This document shows, piece after piece, positions 53,036 through 64,000 of a stretch of DNA of 64,000 bases; position 1 is the first letter of the stretch; each line of letters opens with the position of its first letter. The stretch spans positions 1,464,348 through 1,528,347 of the forward strand of contig OZ245841.1 in assembly GCA_965228885.1 (NCBI GenBank), in the 5' to 3' direction. The position numbers and the translations under genes are program-made. The notes beneath the pieces are model-generated. The model had not been told where the DNA came from. It saw only the letters and a program-made list of their open reading frames with translations, and ran no database searches. The stretch comes from Rickettsiales bacterium (GTDB lineage: Bacteria > Pseudomonadota > Alphaproteobacteria > Rickettsiales > CANDYO01).

Positions 53036-53947
53036 ATGATAGAAATGATATCACCGCACCGTAATAACCTCAAAGGCATAATATTCATGATACTTCATGC
53101 ATTGTCTGCCTCTATGTTATTTGCTTTAGTAAAAACACTCTCAAAAGATATCAGCTCTAATCAAGTGGTATTCTTATATAAATTTACATTGCTTCTAATA
53201 ATCTCTCCTTGGATAATTAAAAACGGATTAAAAGTTTTTTATACTGAAAGGTTAAAAACTTATATAGTGAGTGGTATATTTGGCACCTCAGCAACTTTAT
53301 GCTTAATGTATGGAATACAACATATCCCTTTAGCCAATGTAACCGCCTTATGGTATATGGAGAAAATATTCTTGGTTATTATTGGGGTTATTTTTTTTAA
53401 GGAAAAAATAGATATAAAAAGAGCAACAGCAATTATTTTAAGCTTTATTGGAGCTATAATTGTGATTCTACCTCGTCTAAACCTGTCTAATTTTAACAAC
53501 TATTATTATTTTATATTCGCAGCAGTCATATTATGGTTGTTATATTGCCTAACTATAAAGTCTTTAGGAAAGACTGAAAAACTAACAACCCAAACTTTGT
53601 ATAATATATTAGTTTCAACTATATTATCTTCTCCAATAGCTTTTATTGGTTACTCTAATGGAAATTTTAGCTGGACAACACAAACTATAGAGTTAATACA
53701 CCTCCCTTTTCTTCTTCTAACCTCGCTATGCTATTTAATAGTATGCACTTCTAACTTTAAATCTTTTCAATGCGGAGATCTTAGTGTAGTTGGGCCCTTC
53801 GGATATACAAAGATTATATTTGCGGGAATACTTGGAATGATATTCTTCAATGAATATCCACTGATAAATAGTTATATTGGTTACATTATAATTGGTTTAT
53901 GTTCATGGTATTTAGTCAAAACAGCTATTAAAACAAAGACTATTTAG
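53036..53947 (+). CDS. DMT/EamA family transporter
   Basis: About 10 TM in two EamA repeats; FFKEKI, IFFNEYP. Confidence 0.88.
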   Translation: MIEMISPHRNNLKGIIFMILHALSASMLFALVKTLSKDISSNQVVFLYKFTLLLIISPWIIKNGLKVFYTERLKTYIVSGIFGTSATLCLMYGIQHIPLANVTALWYMEKIFLVIIGVIFFKEKIDIKRATAIILSFIGAIIVILPRLNLSNFNNYYYFIFAAVILWLLYCLTIKSLGKTEKLTTQTLYNILVSTILSSPIAFIGYSNGNFSWTTQTIELIHLPFLLLTSLCYLIVCTSNFKSFQCGDLSVVGPFGYTKIIFAGILGMIFFNEYPLINSYIGYIIIGLCSWYLVKTAIKTKTI

Positions 53948-54010
53948 TTGATCTACGTCCAATAGATATGATATAAAATAAATATTATTAATTCTAAGGA
54001 ACAAAACAGC

Positions 54011-54646
54011 ATGAGCAAAAAAGCACTAATCCTAATGGTATTATTTAGTCTAATATTAATTATATCTTCATTATATGTAATAAAAACCTTGGATCCAGGA
54101 GAAAAACCTAAACCAACTTCTGAAATCACTAATATTCCTAATAATACTATTGTGGTAAATACTGATTTTAAACTCATGTCAGACAATGGAAAAGAATTTA
54201 ACTATAATGATCTAAAAGGAAAATTCACCGTAATGTATTTAGGCTTCAGTTATTGCCCTGATATATGCCCTGTTGTTTTACAACAACTCAGCAAGCTTGC
54301 AGATTCTTTTGAAGCATCACAATTAGATAAAATCCAATTTCTTTTTGTTTCTGTTGATCCTTCAAGAGATACTCCAGAAACTTTAAATAACTTTGTTTCT
54401 CAATTTGGCGACAAAGTTATAGGTATAACTGGTGATAAACTTGAAATAGATAAGCTAGCGTCTTCTTTAAAAGGGTATTATGCAAAAGTAGAAAATAAAG
54501 AAGACCCTGACAATTACTACGTAGATCATTCATCTTTCATTTATTTGCTTGATCCACAAGCAAATTTAGTTAGTCAATTCACTTCAGGGGCTTCTGTAGA
54601 AGAGATGTACAATAGCCTAAAAGAGAGATTAGCTAAATCTGAATAA
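54011..54646 (+). CDS. SCO family cytochrome oxidase assembly protein
   Basis: GFSYCPDICP, SVDPSRDT, YYVDHS. Confidence 0.93.
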   Translation: MSKKALILMVLFSLILIISSLYVIKTLDPGEKPKPTSEITNIPNNTIVVNTDFKLMSDNGKEFNYNDLKGKFTVMYLGFSYCPDICPVVLQQLSKLADSFEASQLDKIQFLFVSVDPSRDTPETLNNFVSQFGDKVIGITGDKLEIDKLASSLKGYYAKVENKEDPDNYYVDHSSFIYLLDPQANLVSQFTSGASVEEMYNSLKERLAKSE

Positions 54647-54668
54647 ATAATATGCTTGAGGATTATAA

Positions 54669-54950
54669 ATGTTTGATATTGGGTGGACTGAAATTATTGT
54701 AGTGGTTATAGTGTCCTGTCTTGCATTAGATATGAAAGATATACCTAAGATTCTAAGAACCATTAAACAAGCCATACGCTATTTAGGAAATCTAACTGAT
54801 GAAATTAGAACATTCTTTATTGACTTAGAAGAAGAAACTAAAACCATCCTTGATTTAGATGGAAAAGAACAAAAAACTTACGATTTAAATCATATAACAC
54901 CAGATATAAAAAATTCTAAAAGTGATGAAGATAATGAGAAAAAATTATAA
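54669..54950 (+). CDS. tatB: Tat translocase subunit TatB
   Basis: MFDIGWTEI..; upstream of tatC. Confidence 0.82.
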   Translation: MFDIGWTEIIVVVIVSCLALDMKDIPKILRTIKQAIRYLGNLTDEIRTFFIDLEEETKTILDLDGKEQKTYDLNHITPDIKNSKSDEDNEKKL

Positions 54951-55671
54951 TCTAACATCACATTTTAACGAACTTAAACTAAGGATTTTTTACACCTTAA
55001 GTTTTTTCTTTTTTTGCTTTATTTTAGCATATATTTACTCTGAGCAAATTTATAAATTTCTTCTAATTCCATTGGTTGATACCTGGATCAGCCAAGATAA
55101 ACATATGATTTATACCAATCTATCTGAAATATTCTTTAGCTATCTAAAGTTATCTTATTACTCAGCTTTATTTTTAGCCATACCTTTCTTTATTTGCCAA
55201 GTTTATATTTTCATTGCTCCAGGTTTATATAAACATGAAAAAAAAACTTTCTTACCATTTTTAATATTATCACCAATTCTATTTGCTCTAGGTATGATAT
55301 TTGTTTATTATATTATCTTTCCGTTAGCATGGAGTTTTTTCTTAAGCTTTGAACAACATACTGTAGGAAGCTTACCGGTAAAACTTGAAGCTAAAGTTAG
55401 TGAATATCTAACGCTTGTGATCAACATGTTACTTGCATTTGGTACTGCCTTTCAGATGCCAATTTTGCTAGTATTATTAGCCAAGCTTGATATAATCACT
55501 GGACAAAGTTTAAAAAACAAAAGGCGCTTCGCTATTGTATTAATATTTATATTGGCAGCAATTCTAACTCCACCAGATGCGGTCAGCCAAATTGGCCTTG
55601 CTATTCCAATGTTAATACTTTATGAATTGTCGATATTAGCTTGCACAAAAATAAATAAGGGTAAAACGTAA
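54934..55671 (+). CDS. tatC: Tat translocase subunit TatC
   Basis: [24 protein letters not shown]. Confidence 0.95.
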   Translation: MRKNYNLTSHFNELKLRIFYTLSFFFFCFILAYIYSEQIYKFLLIPLVDTWISQDKHMIYTNLSEIFFSYLKLSYYSALFLAIPFFICQVYIFIAPGLYKHEKKTFLPFLILSPILFALGMIFVYYIIFPLAWSFFLSFEQHTVGSLPVKLEAKVSEYLTLVINMLLAFGTAFQMPILLVLLAKLDIITGQSLKNKRRFAIVLIFILAAILTPPDAVSQIGLAIPMLILYELSILACTKINKGKT

Positions 55672-56942
55672 TGCATGATATAAAATGGATTAGAGAAAAC
55701 ACTGAAGAATTTGATATAGCTTTAAAAAAACGTGGTATTGATCCAATATCTCAAGAAATTCTTGTGTTAGATGAATCAAAACGCAAATTAGTAACTTTAA
55801 TCCAGAAATTACAACATGCCAAAAAAGAAAAAGCTGCTCTAATAGCTAAACACGGTAATGTTCATACTCCAGAGTTAGTAACTTTAAAACGTGATGCTAG
55901 CCACATAAAAGATAAATTATCCGAATTAGAGTCAAAACTTCATAGTGAAGTAGAACTAGAAAAATTATTATCTACTCTTCCTAATATTCCAAGCGATGAA
56001 GTTCCCGTAGGGGAAAATGAAGATTCTAATATTGAAATTAGAAAATGGGGTGAAATTCCTAAGTTTTCTTTTACTCCCAAAGCTCATTGCGATCTTGGTG
56101 AAACAATGGGAACAATAGATTTTGTTCAAAGTGCTAAAATATCTGGTAGTAGATTTGTAACACTAAAAGATGGACTCGCAAAACTTGAAAGAGCTCTGGT
56201 AAACTTCATGCTCGATCTTAATACTACAAAATTTAACTATACCGAAATTAGCCCCCCTCTTTTAGTAAGAGATAGCGCAATGTATAATGCAGGACAGCTA
56301 CCTAAATTTGCTGAAGATTCCTTTCTAACAACTGACGGGCATAGATTAATCCCAACATCTGAAGTATCTCTAGTTAATCTAGTATCTGACCACATTATTA
56401 ATGCTGAATCGCTACCTTTACGATTTACTGCATTTACTCCTTGTTTTCGCTCTGAAGCTGGTGCTGCTGGAAAAGACACAAAAGGAATGATTAGACTACA
56501 TCAATTCTCCAAAGTAGAACTAGTAAGCATTACCACTCCTGAAGAATCAGAAGCAGAACATGAACGCATTACTTCTATAGCTGAAGAAATGTTAAAATTA
56601 CTTGGTCTTCCTTACAGAGTGATGTTATTATGCACCGGAGATATGGGATTCACCTCCAAAAAAACTTATGATTTAGAAGTATGGCTTCCAAGTCAAAATA
56701 AATATCGTGAAATATCGAGTTGTTCTAATTGTGGAGATTTCCAAGCGCGAAGACTAAAGGCAAGATATGTAGCTAATGCCTCTAGTCGTGAGAAAAATTT
56801 AGTTCATACTCTCAATGGATCAGCTTTAGCTGTTGGAAGAACCATTGTAGCTATTTTAGAAAACTATCAACAAAAAGATGGTAGTATTCAGATACCAGAA
56901 ATTCTTATACCTTATATGCATGGGGTTAAAACATTAAAATAA
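55671..56942 (+). CDS. serS: seryl-tRNA synthetase
   Basis: LIPTSE, FRSEAG, HQFSKVE, EISSCS, TLNGS. Confidence 0.98.
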   Translation: MHDIKWIRENTEEFDIALKKRGIDPISQEILVLDESKRKLVTLIQKLQHAKKEKAALIAKHGNVHTPELVTLKRDASHIKDKLSELESKLHSEVELEKLLSTLPNIPSDEVPVGENEDSNIEIRKWGEIPKFSFTPKAHCDLGETMGTIDFVQSAKISGSRFVTLKDGLAKLERALVNFMLDLNTTKFNYTEISPPLLVRDSAMYNAGQLPKFAEDSFLTTDGHRLIPTSEVSLVNLVSDHIINAESLPLRFTAFTPCFRSEAGAAGKDTKGMIRLHQFSKVELVSITTPEESEAEHERITSIAEEMLKLLGLPYRVMLLCTGDMGFTSKKTYDLEVWLPSQNKYREISSCSNCGDFQARRLKARYVANASSREKNLVHTLNGSALAVGRTIVAILENYQQKDGSIQIPEILIPYMHGVKTLK

Positions 56943-56968
56943 AACAACTTTAGAATAGGTAAACAACC

Positions 56969-57760
56969 ATGAAAGTATTTTTATTATTATTAAGTATATT
57001 GATTCCATTTATTTGTTTTGCAACAGAAAAACCTACAATAGAAAAAACTCCTACAAAGGTTTTTGTTGTTTTAAATGTTGATCATACCATAGTTGATAAA
57101 ATTACTCCCCAAGGACCAACTGCCAATAATGAATCAGCATCAAAGTTAGTTGAAAAAGGTCTTCTAGTTCAAAATTTTGAGTTCTATAGTAAAAAAGAAG
57201 AAGACCCTTTATTTGAACTTTATAAAACGAAAAAAAATTCTCAAATGTTAGTGGAAATAGAATCTGAAGATAAAATAAAAATATCTGAAATGATTGCTAT
57301 TCGTCCAAGTATCTCCGACTTCCTTCACGAAATAACTAAATTAAAATTACCTACACATATTCTCATTTGTCCAAGAGGAAATAACGATAGGGCTAAAAGC
57401 ATTGTAAACAGTCTTAAGTTGGATATTAATGAAAAACCTTTCAAAGATGCTGTAGATTTTGTCTCTGGTGAAAAATGCCGGGCACAAATTAAATCCATTT
57501 CATCTCATAAAACGGGTGGAAAAAGTGCTTGGCAGCTTAGAAAGAAATATAATGGTAAATTTGGAAGAATAAAAAAAGATGATTATGTAGTATCAATAGA
57601 TCAACTACCTAATCATCGTTTTATATATTCAAACCCTGAGAAAGATTTAAACATTAATCTTCCTCCATTCTATAGCAAGAACTATGAAACAAATACAAAT
57701 AATGATAAAAAAAACATGGATTTGGCGCTTAAAAAAATCAAGGAATTCATTAAAAAATGA
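56969..57760 (+). CDS. secreted hypothetical protein with degenerate NIF/HAD-like motifs
   Basis: Signal peptide; VVLNVDHTIV, IRPSISDFL, VVSIDQ. Confidence 0.6.
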   Translation: MKVFLLLLSILIPFICFATEKPTIEKTPTKVFVVLNVDHTIVDKITPQGPTANNESASKLVEKGLLVQNFEFYSKKEEDPLFELYKTKKNSQMLVEIESEDKIKISEMIAIRPSISDFLHEITKLKLPTHILICPRGNNDRAKSIVNSLKLDINEKPFKDAVDFVSGEKCRAQIKSISSHKTGGKSAWQLRKKYNGKFGRIKKDDYVVSIDQLPNHRFIYSNPEKDLNINLPPFYSKNYETNTNNDKKNMDLALKKIKEFIKK

Positions 57761-58473
57761 CCATTTCTACATCCTCAGCTAAAGAAATTGTTAAATTTGA
57801 ATCAATGGCTGAAGAATGGTGGAATCCTCATGGGAAATTTAAACCTTTGCATGACCTAACACCGTTGCGCCTTGAATATATTACTAGCCTAGCTAAACAA
57901 CATTTTAAAAAAGATTCACTTAAAGGAATTAAAACTCTTGATATAGGCTGTGGAGGTGGATTAATAAGTGAGCCTTTAAGTAGGCTTGGCACTAAAGTTA
58001 CTGGAATTGATGCTAGCTCTGTTAATATTGATATAGCTAAATCTCATGCTAATAAATGTAACCTTAATATTAACTATCAACAAATTTTAGCTGAAGACTT
58101 AGCTAAAACTAAACAAAAATTTCAATTAATTTTAGCACTAGAAATTATAGAACACGTTGAAAATATTGAATTATTTATTAAATCATGTACTACATTACTT
58201 GAAGAAGGAGGCATCATAATTTTCTCTACCATCAACAGAACTAGCAAATCATTCTTAGAATCTATTGTCGCAGCAGAATATATCTTAAGATGGTTACCTA
58301 TTGGAACTCATTCTTGGTCAAAATTTGTGAAACCATCTGAAATTAATAAATATGCTATTAGATTTGGATTAAAAGAACCAAATATTCAAGGACTTTCATT
58401 TTCTCTAACCTCATCTTCTTGGAATTTAAGTGATGACATTAGAAACAATTATTTTATTAGCTACACTTCTTAG
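57757..58473 (+). CDS. ubiG: ubiquinone biosynthesis O-methyltransferase
   Basis: WWNPHGKFKPLH, LDIGCGGG, EIIEHV, GTHSWSKF. Confidence 0.95.
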   Translation: MTISTSSAKEIVKFESMAEEWWNPHGKFKPLHDLTPLRLEYITSLAKQHFKKDSLKGIKTLDIGCGGGLISEPLSRLGTKVTGIDASSVNIDIAKSHANKCNLNINYQQILAEDLAKTKQKFQLILALEIIEHVENIELFIKSCTTLLEEGGIIIFSTINRTSKSFLESIVAAEYILRWLPIGTHSWSKFVKPSEINKYAIRFGLKEPNIQGLSFSLTSSSWNLSDDIRNNYFISYTS

Positions 58474-58545
58474 AGAAATATATTGAATATTATTTCAAAC
58501 ATATTAACTTATAAGATATACAGAAACATAGTTTAAAGATAAAAA

Positions 58546-59748
58546 ATGAAAAACCTAACTTATTTATTCCACCTAGAAAAACCACCTCAAATAACCATTG
58601 ATGCTTATAATTTAATAAGTCATTTTTATACAAATAGTCCTACTTTATCATCAAGATCTCTAGGAGTGGTACTTAAATACACAGCCCAAGAATTTTTTTT
58701 AAAAGAAAATGTACTCACTCAAGATGGAAACCCAACAGTTACTAATGTTATAAGAGAAGGAGTGAATGTTATACCTTTGTCCTACAATACTTACAAAGGA
58801 GAAAAACATACTGCTGGAAGAAATGAAACTTTAGAAGGAATATATTTGCTTGGACAAGAAACTAGATTCTTGTGCAAAGCAATTCCACAATATATATCTG
58901 GTGGAGACACAACTTATGCTAGGCTCCTGAATATAGGCTGCGACTCCCCTTCTATAATGGGCAATCATTTATCTAAAATTAGTCAACATAACCCAAATCA
59001 AAAAGTATATTGGTTCTGGAAAGAGGAAGACCCTTCCATAAAAAACATATGGGTATGGGACTTTATTAAAGAAAAAGCTACTCCTGATTATATTAGGGAA
59101 GCTATAACAACAGCTGGAATAAAAGCTATAATTCTAGACCAATTGGGTGAAGTAATAAAAGTAATAACACAATCATCCATTGTTAAGTCTTCATATCAAT
59201 ATATAGCCTCCTCACAGGAAGGGATAGTAAATATAATATCTTCTAATCCAGCTTCTAACAACATTAATAAACTAATTAGTTACGCTCTTCCAAAAAAATA
59301 TATAGCAGAATGGGCAGAAAAACCTATAACAGGCGAATTATTAAGTGGTTCTTTCTCTATATTCAACTCTGCACTGCCGGATTTATTTATCACTGGCCCT
59401 TTTATGCTTTCTATGTCAAATGATATTGTCAGAATGTATAATACTGCCACAGAGAAAGAGGGTAATGCCATTCTGTTTAATAGCTTCTTACTATTTACAT
59501 TTAAAAATCAATTATTTTCATTAGCAACAGAAGCAGCCCCCTATACTCTACCAATTTTAGCAGTTTTTCTTGTATCAGATAAACAATATAATAACTTTAA
59601 AAATCAAGTGTCAGAAGATTTAGAAGTCATATATTTAAAAGAACAAGACTATATTTCTTACGCTATAGAGGAAATTGGTAATTTACCTTCAAACACCATA
59701 AACTTCTTAATTGGAGAAAACGGATTCTATCCAGATGATCCTTGTTAA
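58546..59748 (+). CDS. hypothetical protein
   Basis: 400-aa ORF, hydrophobic C-half, no recognised motif. Confidence 0.65.
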   Translation: MKNLTYLFHLEKPPQITIDAYNLISHFYTNSPTLSSRSLGVVLKYTAQEFFLKENVLTQDGNPTVTNVIREGVNVIPLSYNTYKGEKHTAGRNETLEGIYLLGQETRFLCKAIPQYISGGDTTYARLLNIGCDSPSIMGNHLSKISQHNPNQKVYWFWKEEDPSIKNIWVWDFIKEKATPDYIREAITTAGIKAIILDQLGEVIKVITQSSIVKSSYQYIASSQEGIVNIISSNPASNNINKLISYALPKKYIAEWAEKPITGELLSGSFSIFNSALPDLFITGPFMLSMSNDIVRMYNTATEKEGNAILFNSFLLFTFKNQLFSLATEAAPYTLPILAVFLVSDKQYNNFKNQVSEDLEVIYLKEQDYISYAIEEIGNLPSNTINFLIGENGFYPDDPC

Positions 59749-61038
59749 TTATTTTTCATCTTTATGAATCTTATGCATTATAATATGTGCAATTGTTACT
59801 GCTCCTAGAATGTAGCAGTAATAAACATGCGGAGTTACACTTAAAGGAGAAACTCCTGCAATTATGCTCACCAATAATACTTGCGCTCCATAAGGTATGA
59901 TTCCCTGACAAACGCAAGAAAATATATCTATCCAAGCAGCGCTATAGTGGGCTGGTATTTTATGTTTTTTAGATATGTCTCTTACAATTTCACCACTAAA
60001 TATTATAGCAATAGTATTATTAGCTAGTAATATATCAAAAATACAAACAATCTTAGCTATAACAAACTGAGCCATTCTTCTACTTCCATGCTTAGATATC
60101 CAATCTCCCAATTTTTGTGCAAGCTCTTTAGAACCACTACCTATAAGCCCAGAAAGACCACCAACTAATAAAGAAAGTATCATTATCTCCTGCATATTGG
60201 CAAAACCTTCGGTAATATCATGACTTAAAGATAAAATGCTATACTCACTACTTATAAAACCTGTTAACCCAGCAAATACCAAACTAACAACCAAAGCTAC
60301 AAAAACATTAAGACCAGAAATAGCTAACATGATTAAAAATATATATGGAGCAACCAAAAGAGGAGAATAATCTCCAGCTTCTATTAGCTCGTTACCACCA
60401 TTATTGATAAGTAAAACTGCAATAGTGACAATCGCAGCAATTAAGGCCACCTTAGCATTAAGTGCTAACTTTGGTTTTATCTTAGCTTTTTGTGACATAA
60501 CTGAAGCTATGGTTGTGTCAGAAACAATAGATAAATTATCACCAAACATAGCACCACCAACTACAGTTGCCGCTCCTAATGCTGCTGGAAAAGCACCCTG
60601 AGCGCTTAATCCCGCTGCAATAGGAGCAATTGTTGCTATTGTTCCCATAGAAGTACCAATAGAAGTGGCAATAAAAGCAGATGTTAAAAACAAACCTATA
60701 AGTAGAAACTTAGAAGGAATAAAAGACAAAGAGAGATTCACTGTAGCCTCTACACTACCTATAGATCTGGTAACAGCACTAAATGCCCCAGCTAATAAAA
60801 ATATTATACACATTGTTATAACATCTCTATGCCTAACTCCATCAAGAAAGGCGTACATTCTATCTTCTGTGGTTCCACGATGCAGCAACCACCCTAGCAT
60901 TATTGCAGGTATTATAGCAGCCAAAGGGGAAAGTTGGTAAAAAGCATTATCAACCCCCATCCAAGTAAAATATACCCCACTACCAACAAAAATAGAAACA
61001 AATAAAAGAACAGGTAAGAAACCTCTAGTATAAGACAT
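59749..61038 (-). CDS. NhaC-family transporter (often amino acid/methionine uptake)
   Basis: IGTSMGTI, GAMFGDNLSIVSDTTI, QGIIPYGAQ. Confidence 0.88.
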   Translation of the reverse strand: MSYTRGFLPVLLFVSIFVGSGVYFTWMGVDNAFYQLSPLAAIIPAIMLGWLLHRGTTEDRMYAFLDGVRHRDVITMCIIFLLAGAFSAVTRSIGSVEATVNLSLSFIPSKFLLIGLFLTSAFIATSIGTSMGTIATIAPIAAGLSAQGAFPAALGAATVVGGAMFGDNLSIVSDTTIASVMSQKAKIKPKLALNAKVALIAAIVTIAVLLINNGGNELIEAGDYSPLLVAPYIFLIMLAISGLNVFVALVVSLVFAGLTGFISSEYSILSLSHDITEGFANMQEIMILSLLVGGLSGLIGSGSKELAQKLGDWISKHGSRRMAQFVIAKIVCIFDILLANNTIAIIFSGEIVRDISKKHKIPAHYSAAWIDIFSCVCQGIIPYGAQVLLVSIIAGVSPLSVTPHVYYCYILGAVTIAHIIMHKIHKDEK

Positions 61039-61238
61039 TCACTAACTCAATGATTAAAAAAAACAATAATATATTTATTAATATATCTCCTATTTTTTAT
61101 AAACGTAAAACTCATAATTTTCAAGTATAAACTAGTTTATAAGTAAATGTTATAACGAAAAATATACTTTAAATCACCTAATGCAATATCATATAAACTA
61201 TAGTATAGTGCTTATAATATTAAGTAATACATTGAGGA

Positions 61239-62384
61239 ATGTATATGCAAATAAGACTCAACCAAGTAAGCAAATCTTATAAAGAATGCCAAGCTTTAGA
61301 AGCCATCTCCATGACAGTTGAAGAAGGAGAGCTCATTGCTGTAATTGGACCTTCTGGCTCTGGTAAAAGCACTTTACTTAAAATTATTTCCGGTCTTGAA
61401 ACTCTAACTCAAGGACAAATACATATCAATAATAAAAATGTTACCAAGTCATCACCAAAAGATCGTGACATAGGATTTGTCTTTCAGCATTATGCTCTTT
61501 TCAAACACATGACTGTGTTTGAAAATATTGCTTTTGGTCATAGAGTAAAAGAAAAAAAACATCGCTTACCTAATCAAGAAATTGAAAATAGAGTCAATAA
61601 GTTATTAGAATTAGTACAAATTAACAACCTACATAATCGTTATCCCCACGAATTATCAGGAGGACAAAGACAAAGAGTAGCCTTAGCTAGAGCCTTAGCA
61701 GTGGAACCAAAAATATTACTATTAGACGAACCATTTGCTGCACTTGATGCAAAATTAAAACTTGAACTCAGAAGATGGTTACGTAAATTACAAAAACAAA
61801 CTAAAATTACCATCATTTTAGTAACTCACGATCAAGAAGAAGCATTAGACATTGCAGATAAAGTCATGGTGCTAAATAATGGGCATATTGAACAAATTGG
61901 AACCCCTAAAGAAATATACCACACACCTAATAATCCTTTTGTTTATAACTTTATAGGACATTACAATGTGTTTAATGCTATTAAAAATAATAACGGAAAA
62001 ATATCTATTCTTAATAAACAAGCAAGTAGCACTATTAAAAAAGAAAAATGGTATAACAAACATAAAATTGTTTCTAATATAGCAAGCATATTTAACCCCA
62101 ATAAATTGGAAACTGTAAATGACCAAAAAATAGAAGAATATTTTGAGGTATTTGTTAGACCTCATGATATAGAAATTTCTAATAAACCCGTTGATAATGA
62201 ACATATAGAAGCTACTATTACTCATATAAATCTAGCTGCTCCTTTAGTTAAATTAGAGCTTGAATCCCCTAAATATGAATTGATTCAAGCTGAAATTACT
62301 CAAGACATGTTTAATAAATTAAAAGTTAAAAATGGAGACATAGTGTTTATCAAAGCTAAACAGTTTACTATGTTTGCTGAATAA
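61239..62384 (+). CDS. cysA: sulfate ABC transporter ATP-binding protein CysA-like
   Basis: GPSGSGKS, FVFQHYALFKHMTVFENIAFG, LSGGQRQR, LRRWLR, TOBE domain. Confidence 0.8.
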   Translation: MYMQIRLNQVSKSYKECQALEAISMTVEEGELIAVIGPSGSGKSTLLKIISGLETLTQGQIHINNKNVTKSSPKDRDIGFVFQHYALFKHMTVFENIAFGHRVKEKKHRLPNQEIENRVNKLLELVQINNLHNRYPHELSGGQRQRVALARALAVEPKILLLDEPFAALDAKLKLELRRWLRKLQKQTKITIILVTHDQEEALDIADKVMVLNNGHIEQIGTPKEIYHTPNNPFVYNFIGHYNVFNAIKNNNGKISILNKQASSTIKKEKWYNKHKIVSNIASIFNPNKLETVNDQKIEEYFEVFVRPHDIEISNKPVDNEHIEATITHINLAAPLVKLELESPKYELIQAEITQDMFNKLKVKNGDIVFIKAKQFTMFAE

Positions 62385-62495
62385 TTACATTAAGATCAGA
62401 TTCTTAAAAAATCATTTTTATAATTTTAACACATATCTTGATTTATTTATTGACAGAATCTCAATTACAGATATATTTAATCTCTACTACCTGAT

Positions 62496-62573
62496 GGCGA
62501 GTGTAGCTCAGTTGGTTAGAGCACTAGATTGTGATTCTAGGGGTCGCCGATTCAAATTCGGTCACTCGCCCCA
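62496..62573 (+). tRNA. tRNA-His(GTG) with G-1:C73
   Basis: GGCGAGTGTAGCTCAG..ATTGTGATT..TTCAAAT..CACTCGCCCCA. Confidence 0.96.
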
Positions 62574-62647
62574 TCTTTTATTATCGAAAAATTCAAATAT
62601 AATTGTTATAGTTTATTTATGTCAGTATTTTCTAAATGGAATAACAA

Positions 62648-63340
62648 ATGAGAATAGGTATTGTTGGATTAAATGGTAGAATGAGTAAAGTAGTGATTGA
62701 AGAAATCAACAATCATCCTGAATGCACTGTTTCTGGAGCTCTAGTGAGAGACAAATCTCAAGAATCATCTATCACTCTTTATGATAAAGTAGAAGAACTA
62801 GCTGATGTTAGTGACGCTATTATAGATTTCAGCACCTCATCTACAAGCTTATCTATTATAAAAGATTTATCCAATAGCAACGTAACTCTAGTTTGTGGCA
62901 CAACAGGTTTCTCAGCAAAAGAATTTGAAGCATTCAAAGCTCCGTCCATAACCTTAATTTACTCTGCGAATATGAGTATAGGTATAAACCTATTACAAAA
63001 ACTGCTAAAAACCACCTCCTCTAAACTAAGTGATGATTTTGACTCAGCTATTATTGATATTCACCATAAACATAAAAAAGATAGTCCTTCTGGAACTGCA
63101 TTGATGTTAGCCAGTACCATAGAAGAAATCAGAAGAAATAAAGTACAAATATCTGATCTACGTATTGGTGAAGTTCCAGGAGAACATAGTGTTATTTTTA
63201 CTAATAAAGATGAATCTATAACTATATCTCATAAAGCTTTTAATCGAAATATTTTTGCTAAAGGTGCCATCACAGCATGTCTTTGGGGAAAAGATAAGAA
63301 GCCTGGATTATACTCAATGCAAGATGTGTTAAATGACTAA
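62648..63340 (+). CDS. dapB: 4-hydroxy-tetrahydrodipicolinate reductase
   Basis: G.NGRM, IDFS, CGTTG, ANMSIG, HHKHKKDSPSGTA. Confidence 0.95.
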   Translation: MRIGIVGLNGRMSKVVIEEINNHPECTVSGALVRDKSQESSITLYDKVEELADVSDAIIDFSTSSTSLSIIKDLSNSNVTLVCGTTGFSAKEFEAFKAPSITLIYSANMSIGINLLQKLLKTTSSKLSDDFDSAIIDIHHKHKKDSPSGTALMLASTIEEIRRNKVQISDLRIGEVPGEHSVIFTNKDESITISHKAFNRNIFAKGAITACLWGKDKKPGLYSMQDVLND

Positions 63341-64000
63341 AGAATTTACCCCTCTTCCCCAAGAGGCGCCCTGCCCTTATTTTGAAGAATGTGGTGGATG
63401 TAGTTTACAAAACATTAGTAACAGTGGTGAATATAAAGAATTCTTGCTAAAAAAATCTTTAAAAAACATTGATACTAAAATTCATAATATTTATCAAATA
63501 TCTACAAATAGCAGAAGAAGAGCTAATTTCAAAGTCACCAATAATAAACTAAGTTTTAATCAATTTCATAGTAAGAATACATTAGCCATAGCAAATTGCT
63601 TATTACTAGAAAATTCTATCAATAATTTAATTACTCCAATCAATAATTTGCTTAAAAAAACCAAAAATAAAATTACTTCTATAAATATAACTAATAGCGA
63701 CACAGGAATTGAAATAGTTTTTCAAGCGCAAGAAAAAAGTGATTTAGATACTGAAATTATGATAACTGAATTTGCCAAAGCACATAATATAGCAATAGCA
63801 GCCTGGCAAACTAAAACTCATCCAGCTTATGTAATTATTCAATATAAACCTGCACAACTAAAATTTAAAAATATTCATGTAAATTTACCAATTAATAGCT
63901 TCCTTCAAGTTAGCAAGGAGTCTAATGATTTTATGACTAAAATCATCTTACAACATCTGGATCAATCAAAACAAATTTTAGAGTTATATTGTGGTGTTGG
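63333..64000 (+). CDS. RlmD/TrmA family RNA m5U methyltransferase, 3'-truncated
   Basis: CPYFEECGGCSLQ, SFLQV, LELYCGVG at window end; not in ORF track. Confidence 0.85.
   Translation, partial: MTKEFTPLPQEAPCPYFEECGGCSLQNISNSGEYKEFLLKKSLKNIDTKIHNIYQISTNSRRRANFKVTNNKLSFNQFHSKNTLAIANCLLLENSINNLITPINNLLKKTKNKITSINITNSDTGIEIVFQAQEKSDLDTEIMITEFAKAHNIAIAAWQTKTHPAYVIIQYKPAQLKFKNIHVNLPINSFLQVSKESNDFMTKIILQHLDQSKQILELYCGV

Noticed and set aside
61039-61238. Riboswitch upstream of the NhaC-type gene
   Set aside because: Very AT-rich; no SAM or lysine riboswitch core visible
62374-62679. 101-aa ORF
   Set aside because: Overlaps tRNA-His

Overview
AT-rich alphaproteobacterial chromosome, most consistent with a Rickettsiales-type intracellular symbiont (stand-alone 16S rRNA gene, tRNA-His retaining G-1, kdsB, many ankyrin or eukaryote-like orphan proteins). 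Housekeeping genes (ligA, map, rlmN, mreC, miaA, kdsB, tatBC, serS, ubiG, dapB) are mixed with candidate host-targeted effectors: an NLS-ankyrin-F-box-like-OTU deubiquitinase, a DxN glycosyltransferase, a 30-aa repeat protein and an NIF-like pseudo-phosphatase. Many orphan proteins share a C-terminal hydrophobic-hydrophobic-Gly-acidic/polar tail. The centre (26275-49019) is a ~22.7 kb integrative mobilizable element in tRNA-Lys(TTT). It carries a tyrosine integrase, two TA systems, a SWIM-SNF2 helicase, five LuxR-type regulators with atypical sensor domains, a MOBF relaxase, a DUF927 helicase and a dyad-symmetric 12-iteron origin-like region. Its transfer and replication genes are frameshifted while most cargo is intact. 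Two apparently identical IS200 copies, one IS630 and one IS1-family element are present. All family calls come from motif recognition by eye; no searches were run.
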